Under the pieces are notes generated by a model. The model ran no database searches. It had not been told where the DNA came from and worked only from the letters and a program-made list of their open reading frames with translations. A program made the translations under genes and the position numbers. From Klebsiella phage HMGUkp2: a stretch of 64,000 bases of DNA. Where the stretch lies: the sequence record PV683292.1, one strand, 5' to 3'. Shown here piece by piece: positions 55,600 to 64,000 of the stretch (position 1 is its first letter; each line of letters opens with the position of its first letter).

Positions 55600-57300
55600 T
55601 TAATTAGACTTTGTAAATCCGACCATACCTGGAGCTGGAGAACTAGTAACCGGCTGCATAGGCATAACAGTAGTGTTATTTTTGTTAATGGCTGTGTTAA
55701 CATTCACAGAAGCTTGAGAAGCTAGTTTATCACCAACTTTATGTTGGGCTTCGATTTTCTCAATAACCTTAACTTGCTGGGATTCTTGCTTGTCTTCTGC
55801 CGGTTCTGGACTAACAGCCGGGAATCGTTTTTTGTTCCACTCATCCTGCATAAAGCGATACTGAGGCTCTAGTTCTTTAGCTAGACTAGGATTATTCTTC
55901 TTGAACTCTTCAAAGTTCTTAGAAGCTTTAGCAACAGCGTTAGCGGCAGACTCCATACGCTCGGTATTTTCAGGTCGAGTGTTCTGGGCATATTCAGAAG
56001 TTCTTTTTAATTCAGCCTGCATTTTGCCTTGGGCTTTATACATTTCTAAGCGCTGTTCACGGGTTTTACCTTCAAAGGCCGGGTCTTTAGTATCAGAATC
56101 AGCTAATTTCATACGTTTTTCGTATTCAGCATCATCAATCTTACCAAGTAAATATCTATCGCCCCAAGCAGTAATTTTACGTTCCAACGGAGAATCCTGC
56201 TCTTCTTTCAAGCGCTGATTATCTTTATATTTAGCTACGTAATCTTGGTCTTCTTCAGAAAGTTCGGCCCCGGTACGATACTGGAAACGATCTGCAGCTG
56301 CACCGCGAATATTATCAGCGGCATCGCCCATACCAGGAACTTTACTAAGAACAGCAGCAACCAATTTAGAAAGACCAAACATAATTGTTTCGCCTAAAGT
56401 ATCTAAAACGCCGACAAGACCTTTAACAATAGCTTCAGCTAATCCTAACCAAGAACCTTCATTAAAAGTATCTTGAATGCTTTGAGCCATTTCACTTATA
56501 GCTGTTAACACAGGTGCCCAAGTCCCGGCCAGTTTAGTGAACTCTTCAAAGTTTGATTTGAACAACTCAGTCCAGTATTTGAAATGGATTTTGATAATAT
56601 CAATAGCCATAATCAAAGCTAAAACCATAGCGGCTGTTTTGGCCATATTAGCAACAGCTGTCACAGTATAGCTAAAAAGCATACTGGAAATTCTGTCAGT
56701 TAACGAAATTGATTTCTTAAACCCGGATTTAGTGGTATCTAAAAGGGCTTTAAGAAGGTCTGTATCACCCTTCTTGTTCTTTTCCTCATCTTCCTTTTTT
56801 GGAATTACTTTAGGTTCTTCCTGTGGTAATACATCAGAATCTGGGCGTCTGTTTTCATGCGGTGGAATAAGGTCTTGAAGAAGATCGTCTAACGATGGAA
56901 TCTCCGGAACCGGCTCAGGAATAGAATCCTGTACAACCTCGACAGACGGAACATTTGCTGTCTGCGGAGTTGCTTGTTCGACTTTTACTCCTAGTTTTTC
57001 AGCCAATTTATTGATTCTGTCACTTATTAAAGAGGCTGTGGTATTAAGAGCACTTAATTCATCTAACTGAAGTTCGATGCCAGCATTAGTATCGGATAAA
57101 GAATTTCCTACATTAGCAAGACCATTCTCTGTAGCTTCGGCACCCATTTCAGCAGCAGCTTGGATCCCTTCAAGGGTTCCATTAATAGTGCCTAGCGAAT
57201 TGTTTTGTTCTTCTTGTAGTGCTTCGTTACGTTTTTGTGGGGCTGCGTCGGCGATTACCCGACGCAGAGATTGTGTTTTACTGTTTACTTTTCTAGCCAT
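55600..57300 (-). CDS. 29: baseplate hub subunit / tail length determinator gp29
   Basis: 566 aa (T4 gp29 is 590 aa). Extended alpha-helical tape-measure-like protein. Confidence 0.8.
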   Translation of the reverse strand: MARKVNSKTQSLRRVIADAAPQKRNEALQEEQNNSLGTINGTLEGIQAAAEMGAEATENGLANVGNSLSDTNAGIELQLDELSALNTTASLISDRINKLAEKLGVKVEQATPQTANVPSVEVVQDSIPEPVPEIPSLDDLLQDLIPPHENRRPDSDVLPQEEPKVIPKKEDEEKNKKGDTDLLKALLDTTKSGFKKSISLTDRISSMLFSYTVTAVANMAKTAAMVLALIMAIDIIKIHFKYWTELFKSNFEEFTKLAGTWAPVLTAISEMAQSIQDTFNEGSWLGLAEAIVKGLVGVLDTLGETIMFGLSKLVAAVLSKVPGMGDAADNIRGAAADRFQYRTGAELSEEDQDYVAKYKDNQRLKEEQDSPLERKITAWGDRYLLGKIDDAEYEKRMKLADSDTKDPAFEGKTREQRLEMYKAQGKMQAELKRTSEYAQNTRPENTERMESAANAVAKASKNFEEFKKNNPSLAKELEPQYRFMQDEWNKKRFPAVSPEPAEDKQESQQVKVIEKIEAQHKVGDKLASQASVNVNTAINKNNTTVMPMQPVTSSPAPGMVGFTKSN

Positions 57301-57827
57301 TATTCAAAGAGCCTTATTATATTGCCAATTCCTTTTATAGGGCCATTAGGGCCAGGAATAGCTACAGTGTTAACGATACCGTCAACCCATTTAATTACGA
57401 ATGCTGGAAGCTTCATAAAATCAGGCTTCTCTGTTCTGCCGTCTACAGAAGAAAAATACTTGTCAAGAATTGCGTCGGCCGAGCCGAATTTACTAAACCT
57501 TTCGGGGGCATTAAATTTATATTCTTGACCGTTTAAACGGTGTGTTAATATACGGCATCCGTACACATCTGATAAGCGATAAGTGAATCCGTCCTTTTCA
57601 ACTTCTTCTTTAATCTTACCGTTAAAGGCCAAAAGTTGTAATAGAACAATATCGCTTTGTACAGCATCTAGACCTGGTTTAATAGAATCTAAAAGAATTG
57701 CCAGATTTTCGTCCGGCATTTTTACTTCTTTCATTAAGTTGTGGTGCTTAAGTCCAAGCTTAGGTAATGAAATTTCAATACCATCAATTGTAATTTTCTT
57801 AATAGGCAGAATCACGTTTAAGTTCAT
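57300..57827 (-). CDS. 28: baseplate hub distal subunit gp28
   Basis: 175 aa (T4 gp28 is 177 aa), synteny. Confidence 0.75.
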   Translation of the reverse strand: MNLNVILPIKKITIDGIEISLPKLGLKHHNLMKEVKMPDENLAILLDSIKPGLDAVQSDIVLLQLLAFNGKIKEEVEKDGFTYRLSDVYGCRILTHRLNGQEYKFNAPERFSKFGSADAILDKYFSSVDGRTEKPDFMKLPAFVIKWVDGIVNTVAIPGPNGPIKGIGNIIRLFE

Positions 57828-58941
57828 TTTTTACCTTCGCTATTTGAACTGGTTCAATAGTAGAACCGTTAGTAAACATATAGATGTTGGTGATTGAATG
57901 GTTATTACTGATTTCATGGATAACTTCATCAACATAAAAATCAGTACGGAACTGTTCTTTAGGATCGTAGAAGTTTAACTTCATTCCAGGAGTCACTTCA
58001 AAGTTACCGTATATTTTAGCAGACGCGTAGCCATCGTACTGAGACATAGTAACGATGCGGTTAGCTTCTTCGTAACCATTACGATAAATCATTTCTGAAT
58101 AACCGCCGCTTCTATTAATATAGATACTATTAGAACCTTCACCTACAGTTATTTTTGTGATTTCTTTATCTGTAAAACTTTGGGCATAGAATGTAGCGTC
58201 TTTGAACGGGTTTCTAGTATAAGCGTTAGCTTTTACGAGCCATTCAAAATCCCAAGCTAAAGATACCGGCAACTGGTCTGCGAATTGCCCGATAGTCTGA
58301 GGCGCGCCGACAACAAAAGATGCCGCGTTCTGGGCAATCATCGCATTATAGTCCATCATGTTTATACCGGTTATGTCTTCCCAAGCAAAAACAAACTGGT
58401 CACTTTCTACAGATAGACCTACATCTCGGATATATTGCATGAAGTCCTTTATATTAGAAGTCCAAGGAATCCTAGGAACATATGTGTTTATTCCGTTTAT
58501 AGGCGGAGCCAGCTTAGGATATTTTTGGTAAATCACGCCTATCATTTCAACCAGGGTTTCATAAGCTGAACTGAAGAAGCAACGGCTGAACTTCAAATTC
58601 ATTATATCATGGAGCGTACTAAGCTGGATAGCTATAATATTATCGCCCTTATCATCGACTCGAACTGTGAAATGTTTTATTCCATAGATTCGTGTTTGTG
58701 TTCTCGATGTATTGCTATTAGAAACAGAGATCTGAATAATTTGGTCTCCGTTCATCTTGTTGTGAATATTTTTAGAATCATAGAACTGAAGCATACCTTC
58801 ATTAATACCAGACAAACTATCTCTCATGGTCAAGGTGGTAAATGTGGCGCCGAGTTCAACGAAGCTATTATCAAGCCACTTATCATAGTTTTGATAAAGC
58901 TTAATACTAACATTTGGAAATCCGGGGCGTTGTGAAATCAT
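57799..58941 (-). CDS. 27: baseplate hub subunit gp27
   Basis: 380 aa (T4 gp27 is 391 aa), synteny. Confidence 0.8.
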   Translation of the reverse strand: MISQRPGFPNVSIKLYQNYDKWLDNSFVELGATFTTLTMRDSLSGINEGMLQFYDSKNIHNKMNGDQIIQISVSNSNTSRTQTRIYGIKHFTVRVDDKGDNIIAIQLSTLHDIMNLKFSRCFFSSAYETLVEMIGVIYQKYPKLAPPINGINTYVPRIPWTSNIKDFMQYIRDVGLSVESDQFVFAWEDITGINMMDYNAMIAQNAASFVVGAPQTIGQFADQLPVSLAWDFEWLVKANAYTRNPFKDATFYAQSFTDKEITKITVGEGSNSIYINRSGGYSEMIYRNGYEEANRIVTMSQYDGYASAKIYGNFEVTPGMKLNFYDPKEQFRTDFYVDEVIHEISNNHSITNIYMFTNGSTIEPVQIAKVKNELKRDSAY

Positions 58942-59753
58942 TTTTGTGCTAGGTCCTTTTCAATCAGAGATAACGTGATGCTTCGCTCGATAGGAATCAT
59001 ATTCATAACAGAAGAAAGGTCGTAGCCTTGTTTAACTATCAAGTGATTGATTTTATAAAATGTAAATACTTCGTCTGGGTTCAGAAGAAGCTTAAAGATA
59101 TCCATAAAATTAGTGTAATGGATCTCATGAGAATCGCAGCACGAGTATTTTAGTACAAAGTCAAATATGTTCAATTTTTTGATTATAAGTTCTAAGGTTT
59201 CTATATCAATAGCTTCAACAACTTGAACTTTGTTTTCTGTAGACAGCTCAGACCACTGATAGACCCCATTAGAATCTTCTACTGTCAAAATGTTTTCTGT
59301 TACTAGCCCAGCTATGTTTTCTTTATAGTTTTTAGATGGGTGCTTAAATTTAAGTCGAAGCCCGGACACTTCGACTACAGGAAGCTCAACTGCTTCTTGG
59401 TGGAAATTAATCAGCACCATTTTAGCTTTTCCACATTTAGGGCATTCAACCTTAACCGGGATTTTAGTCTTACCTATGCTAGATAAATAGACTTTTAAGA
59501 ACACAAATGCCCTGTATTCTTTAGGGATATCACTGAAGTAGTCGTTTTGGAGTTCTTCAATAAGTTTTTCTTGATCTTCTGGAGACTTAGTGTTCATGTC
59601 GTTCCGTACCAGAAGAAAATCTCTATAATCAGAGACTGTGAACGGAGAGAATCGATGAACACCGTCTGGTAATTCACATCTTACGATATTAGCCATAAGG
59701 AGTCCTCTTATTTTATTGTATTTATAAATACGTCTAGAGGTAATATATGACAA
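58938..59753 (-). CDS. 51: baseplate hub assembly catalyst gp51
   Basis: 271 aa, divergent from gene 26 with 5' ends overlapping, as in T4. Confidence 0.7.
   Translation of the reverse strand: MSYITSRRIYKYNKIRGLLMANIVRCELPDGVHRFSPFTVSDYRDFLLVRNDMNTKSPEDQEKLIEELQNDYFSDIPKEYRAFVFLKVYLSSIGKTKIPVKVECPKCGKAKMVLINFHQEAVELPVVEVSGLRLKFKHPSKNYKENIAGLVTENILTVEDSNGVYQWSELSTENKVQVVEAIDIETLELIIKKLNIFDFVLKYSCCDSHEIHYTNFMDIFKLLLNPDEVFTFYKINHLIVKQGYDLSSVMNMIPIERSITLSLIEKDLAQK
59723..59730 (+). promoter_or_regulatory. late promoter (TATAAATA) for genes 26-25
   Basis: Exact consensus 17 nt upstream of the gp26 ATG. Confidence 0.6.
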
Positions 59754-60373
59754 CTTATAATTTTGACCTAACTATAAATGGCAAAAATATTTCTTGCCGA
59801 GCGTTTACACTAGAAGAATATTTGAATCTTATAAAAGCTAAAGCTGATAAGGTTCTTGATAAAACGATTAAGCAGCTGATTAAAGATTGTACTAATGCTA
59901 AAGGCTTAAATAAACATGAATCTGAACTTCTTCTAGTTAATCTGTGGGCCCATTCATTAGGTGAAGTTAATCATACAGCCACCTGGGTGTGCGAGTGTGG
60001 CAACGAAATCGACGTGCCAATTAATACTAACCGTATTCAAATCGTGGGCTCTAGCGATCTCTTATATTCCCTAGGCGAACTTCGTATCCAGTTCAAATAC
60101 CCTGAATTATTTGATGATAATGATATCGCTTTAATGATAGCTAAGTCTATCGATTACATTATTGTTAACGGTGAGCAGATCTTTGTTGATGATTTATCTG
60201 ACCAAGAGATAGATGACCTTTATTCTGCTATAACTACCGAAGATGTGCTGAAAATAAAAGATATGCTACTGAAGCCACAGATACAGCTGGCAGTTCCTAT
60301 TTCTTGCAAGTGTGGGAAGAATCATGTACACCAAATTACCGGACTCAAAGAGTTCTTTAAGGTTATCCAATGA
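59747..60373 (+). CDS. 26: baseplate hub subunit gp26
   Basis: 208 aa (T4 gp26 is 208 aa). A TATAAATA late promoter lies 17 nt upstream. Confidence 0.75.
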   Translation: MTTYNFDLTINGKNISCRAFTLEEYLNLIKAKADKVLDKTIKQLIKDCTNAKGLNKHESELLLVNLWAHSLGEVNHTATWVCECGNEIDVPINTNRIQIVGSSDLLYSLGELRIQFKYPELFDDNDIALMIAKSIDYIIVNGEQIFVDDLSDQEIDDLYSAITTEDVLKIKDMLLKPQIQLAVPISCKCGKNHVHQITGLKEFFKVIQ

Positions 60374-60762
60374 ATATAGACAACATGTATTCGGACTTAG
60401 ACCCGGACCTTAGAATGGCCTGGGATAAAGACGTTGCAAGAACTGTAGGCGCAAGAGCAGTAAAAAATAGCATCTTAGGGATTATCACTACAAGAAAGGG
60501 CAGTCGCCCTTTCAATCCAGACTTTGGGTGTAGCCTTTCGGATGAGTTGTTCGAAAATATGACTCCGTTAACTGCTGATACTATCCAGCGTAATATTGTA
60601 TCAGCCATTCAAACCTACGAGCCGCGGGTAGAACGTCTACGTGTTGAGGTCTTGGCCTTATACGATGATAACGCTGTAGTCGTTACAGTGATGTTTTCTA
60701 TCGTCGACGACCCGGATGTCTTAGAACGCATCAAGATCAAATTACGTGCTTCTCGTCAATAG
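60370..60762 (+). CDS. 25: baseplate wedge subunit gp25 (gpW/lysozyme-like fold)
   Basis: 130 aa (T4 gp25 is 132 aa), synteny 26-25-uvsY. Confidence 0.8.
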   Translation: MNIDNMYSDLDPDLRMAWDKDVARTVGARAVKNSILGIITTRKGSRPFNPDFGCSLSDELFENMTPLTADTIQRNIVSAIQTYEPRVERLRVEVLALYDDNAVVVTVMFSIVDDPDVLERIKIKLRASRQ

Positions 60763-60806
60763 TGTGTATAATGGTTTAGGTCCTTTAAATTGAGATTGGT
60801 GATTAA

Positions 60807-61226
60807 ATGAAGTTGGAAGATTTACAAGATGAATTAGACCGGGATTTAGTTATTGACCAGACAAAACTTCAGTATGAAGCTGCCAATAATCCTGTTGTCT
60901 ATGGGCGGTGGGTACGTAAGCACTCTATATGCCGTAAAGAAATGCTCCGTATTGAAGCCATGAAGAAACAAGCTATGAAGAAAAGACTTGATTACTACAC
61001 GGGACGTGTAGAGCCTGGCGAAGAAGTGTGTATGGATTCGTATGAAAAGTCTGAACTAAAAACTGTAATGGCTGCAGATGAAACCATCTTAGGAACTGAA
61101 ACCAAACTTCAGTACTGGGGTATTCTGCTTGAGTTCTGTAGTGATGCTATGGATGCTATTAAAGCTCGCGGATTCGCAATAAAAGCAATTATTGATCTTC
61201 GTAAATTCGAAGCAGGTGAAGCGTAA
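60807..61226 (+). CDS. uvsY: recombination mediator UvsY
   Basis: 139 aa, near-identical to T4 UvsY (MKLEDLQDEL…KLQYEAANN…LRIEA…RLDYY…LQYWGILL…). Confidence 0.92.
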   Translation: MKLEDLQDELDRDLVIDQTKLQYEAANNPVVYGRWVRKHSICRKEMLRIEAMKKQAMKKRLDYYTGRVEPGEEVCMDSYEKSELKTVMAADETILGTETKLQYWGILLEFCSDAMDAIKARGFAIKAIIDLRKFEAGEA

Positions 61227-61256
61227 TAAATAAGTTTATTAACAGAGGAGACAACC

Positions 61257-61421
61257 ATGTCGTGTATTTGTGTCGTCTGTAAGACTCCAATCGATGATGT
61301 ATTGGTTGTTCAATCAGACAAAGGTCCGGTTCATCCCGGTCAATGCTATAATCATGCAGTTGAGATGCCAGTTACTGAGAATACAGAACAGCAACTTAAC
61401 GAAGTGCAGCTTTTAATCTAG
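61257..61421 (+). CDS. 54-aa Cys-rich (CxxC…C) micro-protein (uvsY.-1/-2 position)
   Basis: MSCICVVCKTPIDDVLVVQSDKGPVHPGQCYNH… read from the sequence. Followed by a bidirectional terminator. Confidence 0.35.
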   Translation: MSCICVVCKTPIDDVLVVQSDKGPVHPGQCYNHAVEMPVTENTEQQLNEVQLLI

Positions 61422-61445
61422 TGTGTAACCTTATTGGTTATTCTT

Positions 61446-61471
61446 GGCTCTCCGTAAGGAGAGCCTTTTTT
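61446..61471. terminator. bidirectional terminator between the uvsY.-1 ORF (+) and uvsW.1 (-)
   Basis: GGCUCUCC-GUAA-GGAGAGCC flanked by A/T runs on both sides. Confidence 0.8.
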
Positions 61472-61482
61472 GTATCTAGAGA

Positions 61483-61710
61483 TTAGAAGTTTTCTTCTTC
61501 CTCGTCAGAATCTATTGATTCCAGTTCTGCGCGTTTACCGGCCAAAGCATCGCGAATAGTGATATCATCAGAATCTTTCAAATCAGCTTCTTTTACACGC
61601 TTTTTGTAATATTTTTCCAGCTCATTAAGGCCATCAAGGGTCTGGCAAGAGTTTACTTTAGACATAAAATCTTCAATGGCGGCTTCGTATAAAAATTGTT
61701 TAAAGTCCAT
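61483..61710 (-). CDS. uvsW.1: UvsW.1 (helicase accessory protein)
   Basis: 75-aa acidic ORF immediately 3' of uvsW, as in T4 (76 aa). Confidence 0.7.
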   Translation of the reverse strand: MDFKQFLYEAAIEDFMSKVNSCQTLDGLNELEKYYKKRVKEADLKDSDDITIRDALAGKRAELESIDSDEEEENF

Positions 61711-61719
61711 AGCGGTTCC

Positions 61720-63219
61720 TTAGAGTTCGACAAGTTTCATGACGTAATCGAATTTCTCATCAGCATAACGCTGGATACGTTCTAAGCCATGTTTGAGCAA
61801 ATAGTTAATGTGAGTGTAAGTCTTTTTGGCATTAGCAGATTTAGGTTTAACACCACAGTCATCGATGATGTCCCAAACAGTTGCTACATCTTTAGAGCCA
61901 TGCTTACGAAGTACTCGACCTATAGTCTGAAGTACAATAATCTTTGATTTAACACCGTGCGCTAAAATAACATGGTGTAGATTCTTAATACTGATTCCGG
62001 TAGAGAATACGCCGTACGATGCGACAACAATAATTCCAGCTTCGTTTTCTGCCATCTTTTTAAGAGCAGTACGAGTATCTGTATCAATTTCACCGGATAC
62101 ATAGAATACTTTGTCGTGACCCAGGTCTTTAATCATCTGGAATAATTCTTTGCCGTGGCTGATGTTCTTGAACATCACGAAGGCGTTTTGGTTTTTATTA
62201 GCTAATTTAACGGCTAGATTTGCAATCCATTTATTACGGCGTTTAACTGAAGTGATATATTTAATCTCTTCTTGGTAAGTTTTACCTTTCAAAGCAACAG
62301 TAACGTTATCTGGATACCGAAGTCTGATAGCGTTAATTTTAAGCTCAGTAACAGCGCCTTCTTCCATCAACTGCGAAGTTGATACTGGTTTAAAGATATC
62401 ACCAAACAGACCTTGATACTGCATCAAATTAGCTTTGCCGTCTTTCAAAGAACCGGAAAGTCCGAATTTGAACATGCAGTTATTTAACCCGGCAATAATG
62501 GTAGAGATAGATTTACCTGTCGCAAGATGACATTCATCGTTCATCATAAGACCGAACTGGCTAAACCATTCTTTAGGCTGTTTAATAGCAGTCTGCCAAG
62601 TACTAACATAAACAACTGCAGAAGAATCTTTCTTAGTACCGCTTCTGATACCAAGCATATTGTCTCTTTTGAACAAACGATAATCACAGAAGTCGTCTAT
62701 CATTTGATCAACAAGGGCGGTAGTAGGAACAATTATCAGAATTTTACCTTCATAGTTCTCTACGTAATAACGACTCAGGAGCGCCTGGATCAATGATTTA
62801 CCTGCCGATGTAGGTAAATTCAGCAGAGCACGTCTTTCTTTAAGACCCTTAAACACGGCTTCTTTCTGGTACCAATGAGGTGTAATCTTAGTCAATCCAG
62901 AATAGATTTCTTTAGAATCGAGCCATTTATCAAAAGATTCTTGAGTGATTTCTTCTTTTTCAAAAATCACAGGGTCTGCATGGATTTTATAACCCATGTT
63001 GTTGGCGAATTTCTGTACCTGGTTCACCAGACCGAATGGAAGTAATCTGTCGTAACCTAATAGACGAATACGCCCGTCCCATTGACCATAACGAAATTTT
63101 GGATTAAACTTATAGCCTTCGGCTTCGAAGGAGAAAAAGTCTCTTAGTTCGTAGAAGATGCCTTCATCGCATTCAACCAGAACGTGACTAAAATCATGAA
63201 ATTTTAATTTGATGTCCAC
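61720..63219 (-). CDS. uvsW: SF2 DNA/RNA helicase UvsW
   Basis: 499 aa, near-identical to T4 UvsW (MDIKLKFHDFSHV…; Walker A NLPTSAGKS; DECH). Apparent GTG start. Confidence 0.93.
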   Translation of the reverse strand: MDIKLKFHDFSHVLVECDEGIFYELRDFFSFEAEGYKFNPKFRYGQWDGRIRLLGYDRLLPFGLVNQVQKFANNMGYKIHADPVIFEKEEITQESFDKWLDSKEIYSGLTKITPHWYQKEAVFKGLKERRALLNLPTSAGKSLIQALLSRYYVENYEGKILIIVPTTALVDQMIDDFCDYRLFKRDNMLGIRSGTKKDSSAVVYVSTWQTAIKQPKEWFSQFGLMMNDECHLATGKSISTIIAGLNNCMFKFGLSGSLKDGKANLMQYQGLFGDIFKPVSTSQLMEEGAVTELKINAIRLRYPDNVTVALKGKTYQEEIKYITSVKRRNKWIANLAVKLANKNQNAFVMFKNISHGKELFQMIKDLGHDKVFYVSGEIDTDTRTALKKMAENEAGIIVVASYGVFSTGISIKNLHHVILAHGVKSKIIVLQTIGRVLRKHGSKDVATVWDIIDDCGVKPKSANAKKTYTHINYLLKHGLERIQRYADEKFDYVMKLVEL

Positions 63220-63235
63220 AGCGTATAGCCTCAGT

Positions 63236-63243
63236 TATAAATA
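63236..63243 (+). promoter_or_regulatory. late promoter (TATAAATA) for the inh-position gene
   Basis: Exact consensus 33 nt upstream of ATG 63277. Confidence 0.55.
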
Positions 63244-63249
63244 CATACA

Positions 63250-63257
63250 TATTTATA
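63250..63257 (-). promoter_or_regulatory. late promoter (TATAAATA) for uvsW, divergent partner of the promoter at 63236
   Basis: The plus-strand 'tatttata' gives TATAAATA on the minus strand about 30 nt upstream of the uvsW GTG. Confidence 0.5.
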
Positions 63258-63276
63258 CACTAGAAAGAGAGACACT

Positions 63277-63996
63277 ATGGACAAGCAATATATAGATGAC
63301 CTTCGCGGTCTTGAAAATAAAAAAGAAGCTAAAGCCAAACTTATTGAATATGCTGAAGGATTTAATATCCGACTGAAAAAGAGTAAAGGCTTTGAAAACC
63401 TAGTCTTAGACATCGAAGCAGCTTTTAAAAAGATGGCAGAAGAGCCTATGCCGGAAGATAACGAAGGTCTGAGTATTAGCGATCTTATTGCTGCTGATGA
63501 CGAACTTGAAGGCAGGAATGATTTTGTAATCAGTGATGAAGAAGCTAAGCCTGAAGCTAAACTGCTATTTGATTCTCCAGAAATTCCTGTATCTATTCAC
63601 GAAATCAAAGAAACCGTTCAAGATCAATCAGTTATTGAAGAAAAAGCTATTCATATTGAGGCGCCTATAGGTGAATTCTCCGAACCCAAGGCTAAGCTTT
63701 CTGAAAATACCTTTGAAGAAGCTGTATCTAAAATTATCGCTGATGAAACTACTTTTGAACTACCGGAAAACTTTAGCCCTCATTTTATTCTGATGGGACG
63801 TAATCCAGGGTACGTGACATTACCGTGGTGGATTTACAAGTGGATTAAAGATACCCCTGATTGGAAATCTAGACCTACCAGTTTCCCACATCCTAGTGCA
63901 CACCAGACACTGTTTAGTTTAATTTATTACATCAAAAGAAACGGATCTATTATGATTCGTGAAACCCGTAATTCTTCGTTTGTAACTTTAAAATAA
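63277..63996 (+). CDS. hypothetical protein at the inh (prohead protease inhibitor) position
   Basis: 239-aa ORF divergent from uvsW, with a TATAAATA late promoter 33 nt upstream. Identity not established. Confidence 0.35.
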   Translation: MDKQYIDDLRGLENKKEAKAKLIEYAEGFNIRLKKSKGFENLVLDIEAAFKKMAEEPMPEDNEGLSISDLIAADDELEGRNDFVISDEEAKPEAKLLFDSPEIPVSIHEIKETVQDQSVIEEKAIHIEAPIGEFSEPKAKLSENTFEEAVSKIIADETTFELPENFSPHFILMGRNPGYVTLPWWIYKWIKDTPDWKSRPTSFPHPSAHQTLFSLIYYIKRNGSIMIRETRNSSFVTLK

Positions 63997-64000
63997 GGAC

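Noticed and set aside
59719-59726. Minus-strand TATAAATA as the promoter for gene 51
   Set aside because: It lies downstream of the gp51 start codon, inside its coding region, so it cannot drive gene 51. Only the plus-strand copy (59723-59730) is correctly placed, for gene 26.

Overview
This window is a T4-like (Tevenvirinae) myovirus genome segment. Gene order matches the reverse complement of the T4 map from gene 39 to inh. Assignments rest on recognisable protein sequences in the ORF track plus synteny. Note that the supplied track prints TTG/GTG starts as 'M', so several starts were re-picked. Genes found: a topoisomerase II large subunit fused 39+60, rIIA, rIIB, ndd, gene 52, motA, asiA, holin t, the long tail fibre genes 38-37-36-35-34 on the minus strand, rnh, dsbA, 33, 59, 32, frd, td split by a 1016-nt group I intron encoding I-TevI, nrdA, an intron-less nrdB, denA, rnlA, a probable alc, the spanin pair pseT.3/pseT.2, pseT, cd, 31, rIII, DNA ligase 30, alt, baseplate genes 54-48-29-28-27-51 (minus) and 26-25 (plus), uvsY, uvsW.1, uvsW, and an inh-position ORF. 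Regulatory signals are T4-type: about 11 early promoters built as GTTTAC, 17-18 bp, TGnTATAGT, many with the -10 element inside an inverted repeat and followed by a conserved CCUACACCAACAAA leader; TATAAATA late promoters before the late operons; UUCG-tetraloop terminators; and an AT-rich gene 32 operator. No tRNA, rRNA, CRISPR or transposon was seen. Items worth a second look: (1) gp37 is 1500 aa and carries a C-terminal self-cleaving intramolecular-chaperone-like domain, followed by a short gp38-like ORF that lacks glycine-rich motifs; (2) a type I DAHP synthase (aroG-like) sits in the cd.x plastic region; (3) a 340-nt GC-rich intergenic block after rIII has no ORF but many hairpins and repeats; (4) two tandem paralogous small genes are inserted between frd and td; (5) the td intron and I-TevI look near-identical to T4 in an otherwise diverged background; (6) clusters of tiny hydrophobic peptide ORFs flank gene 52.
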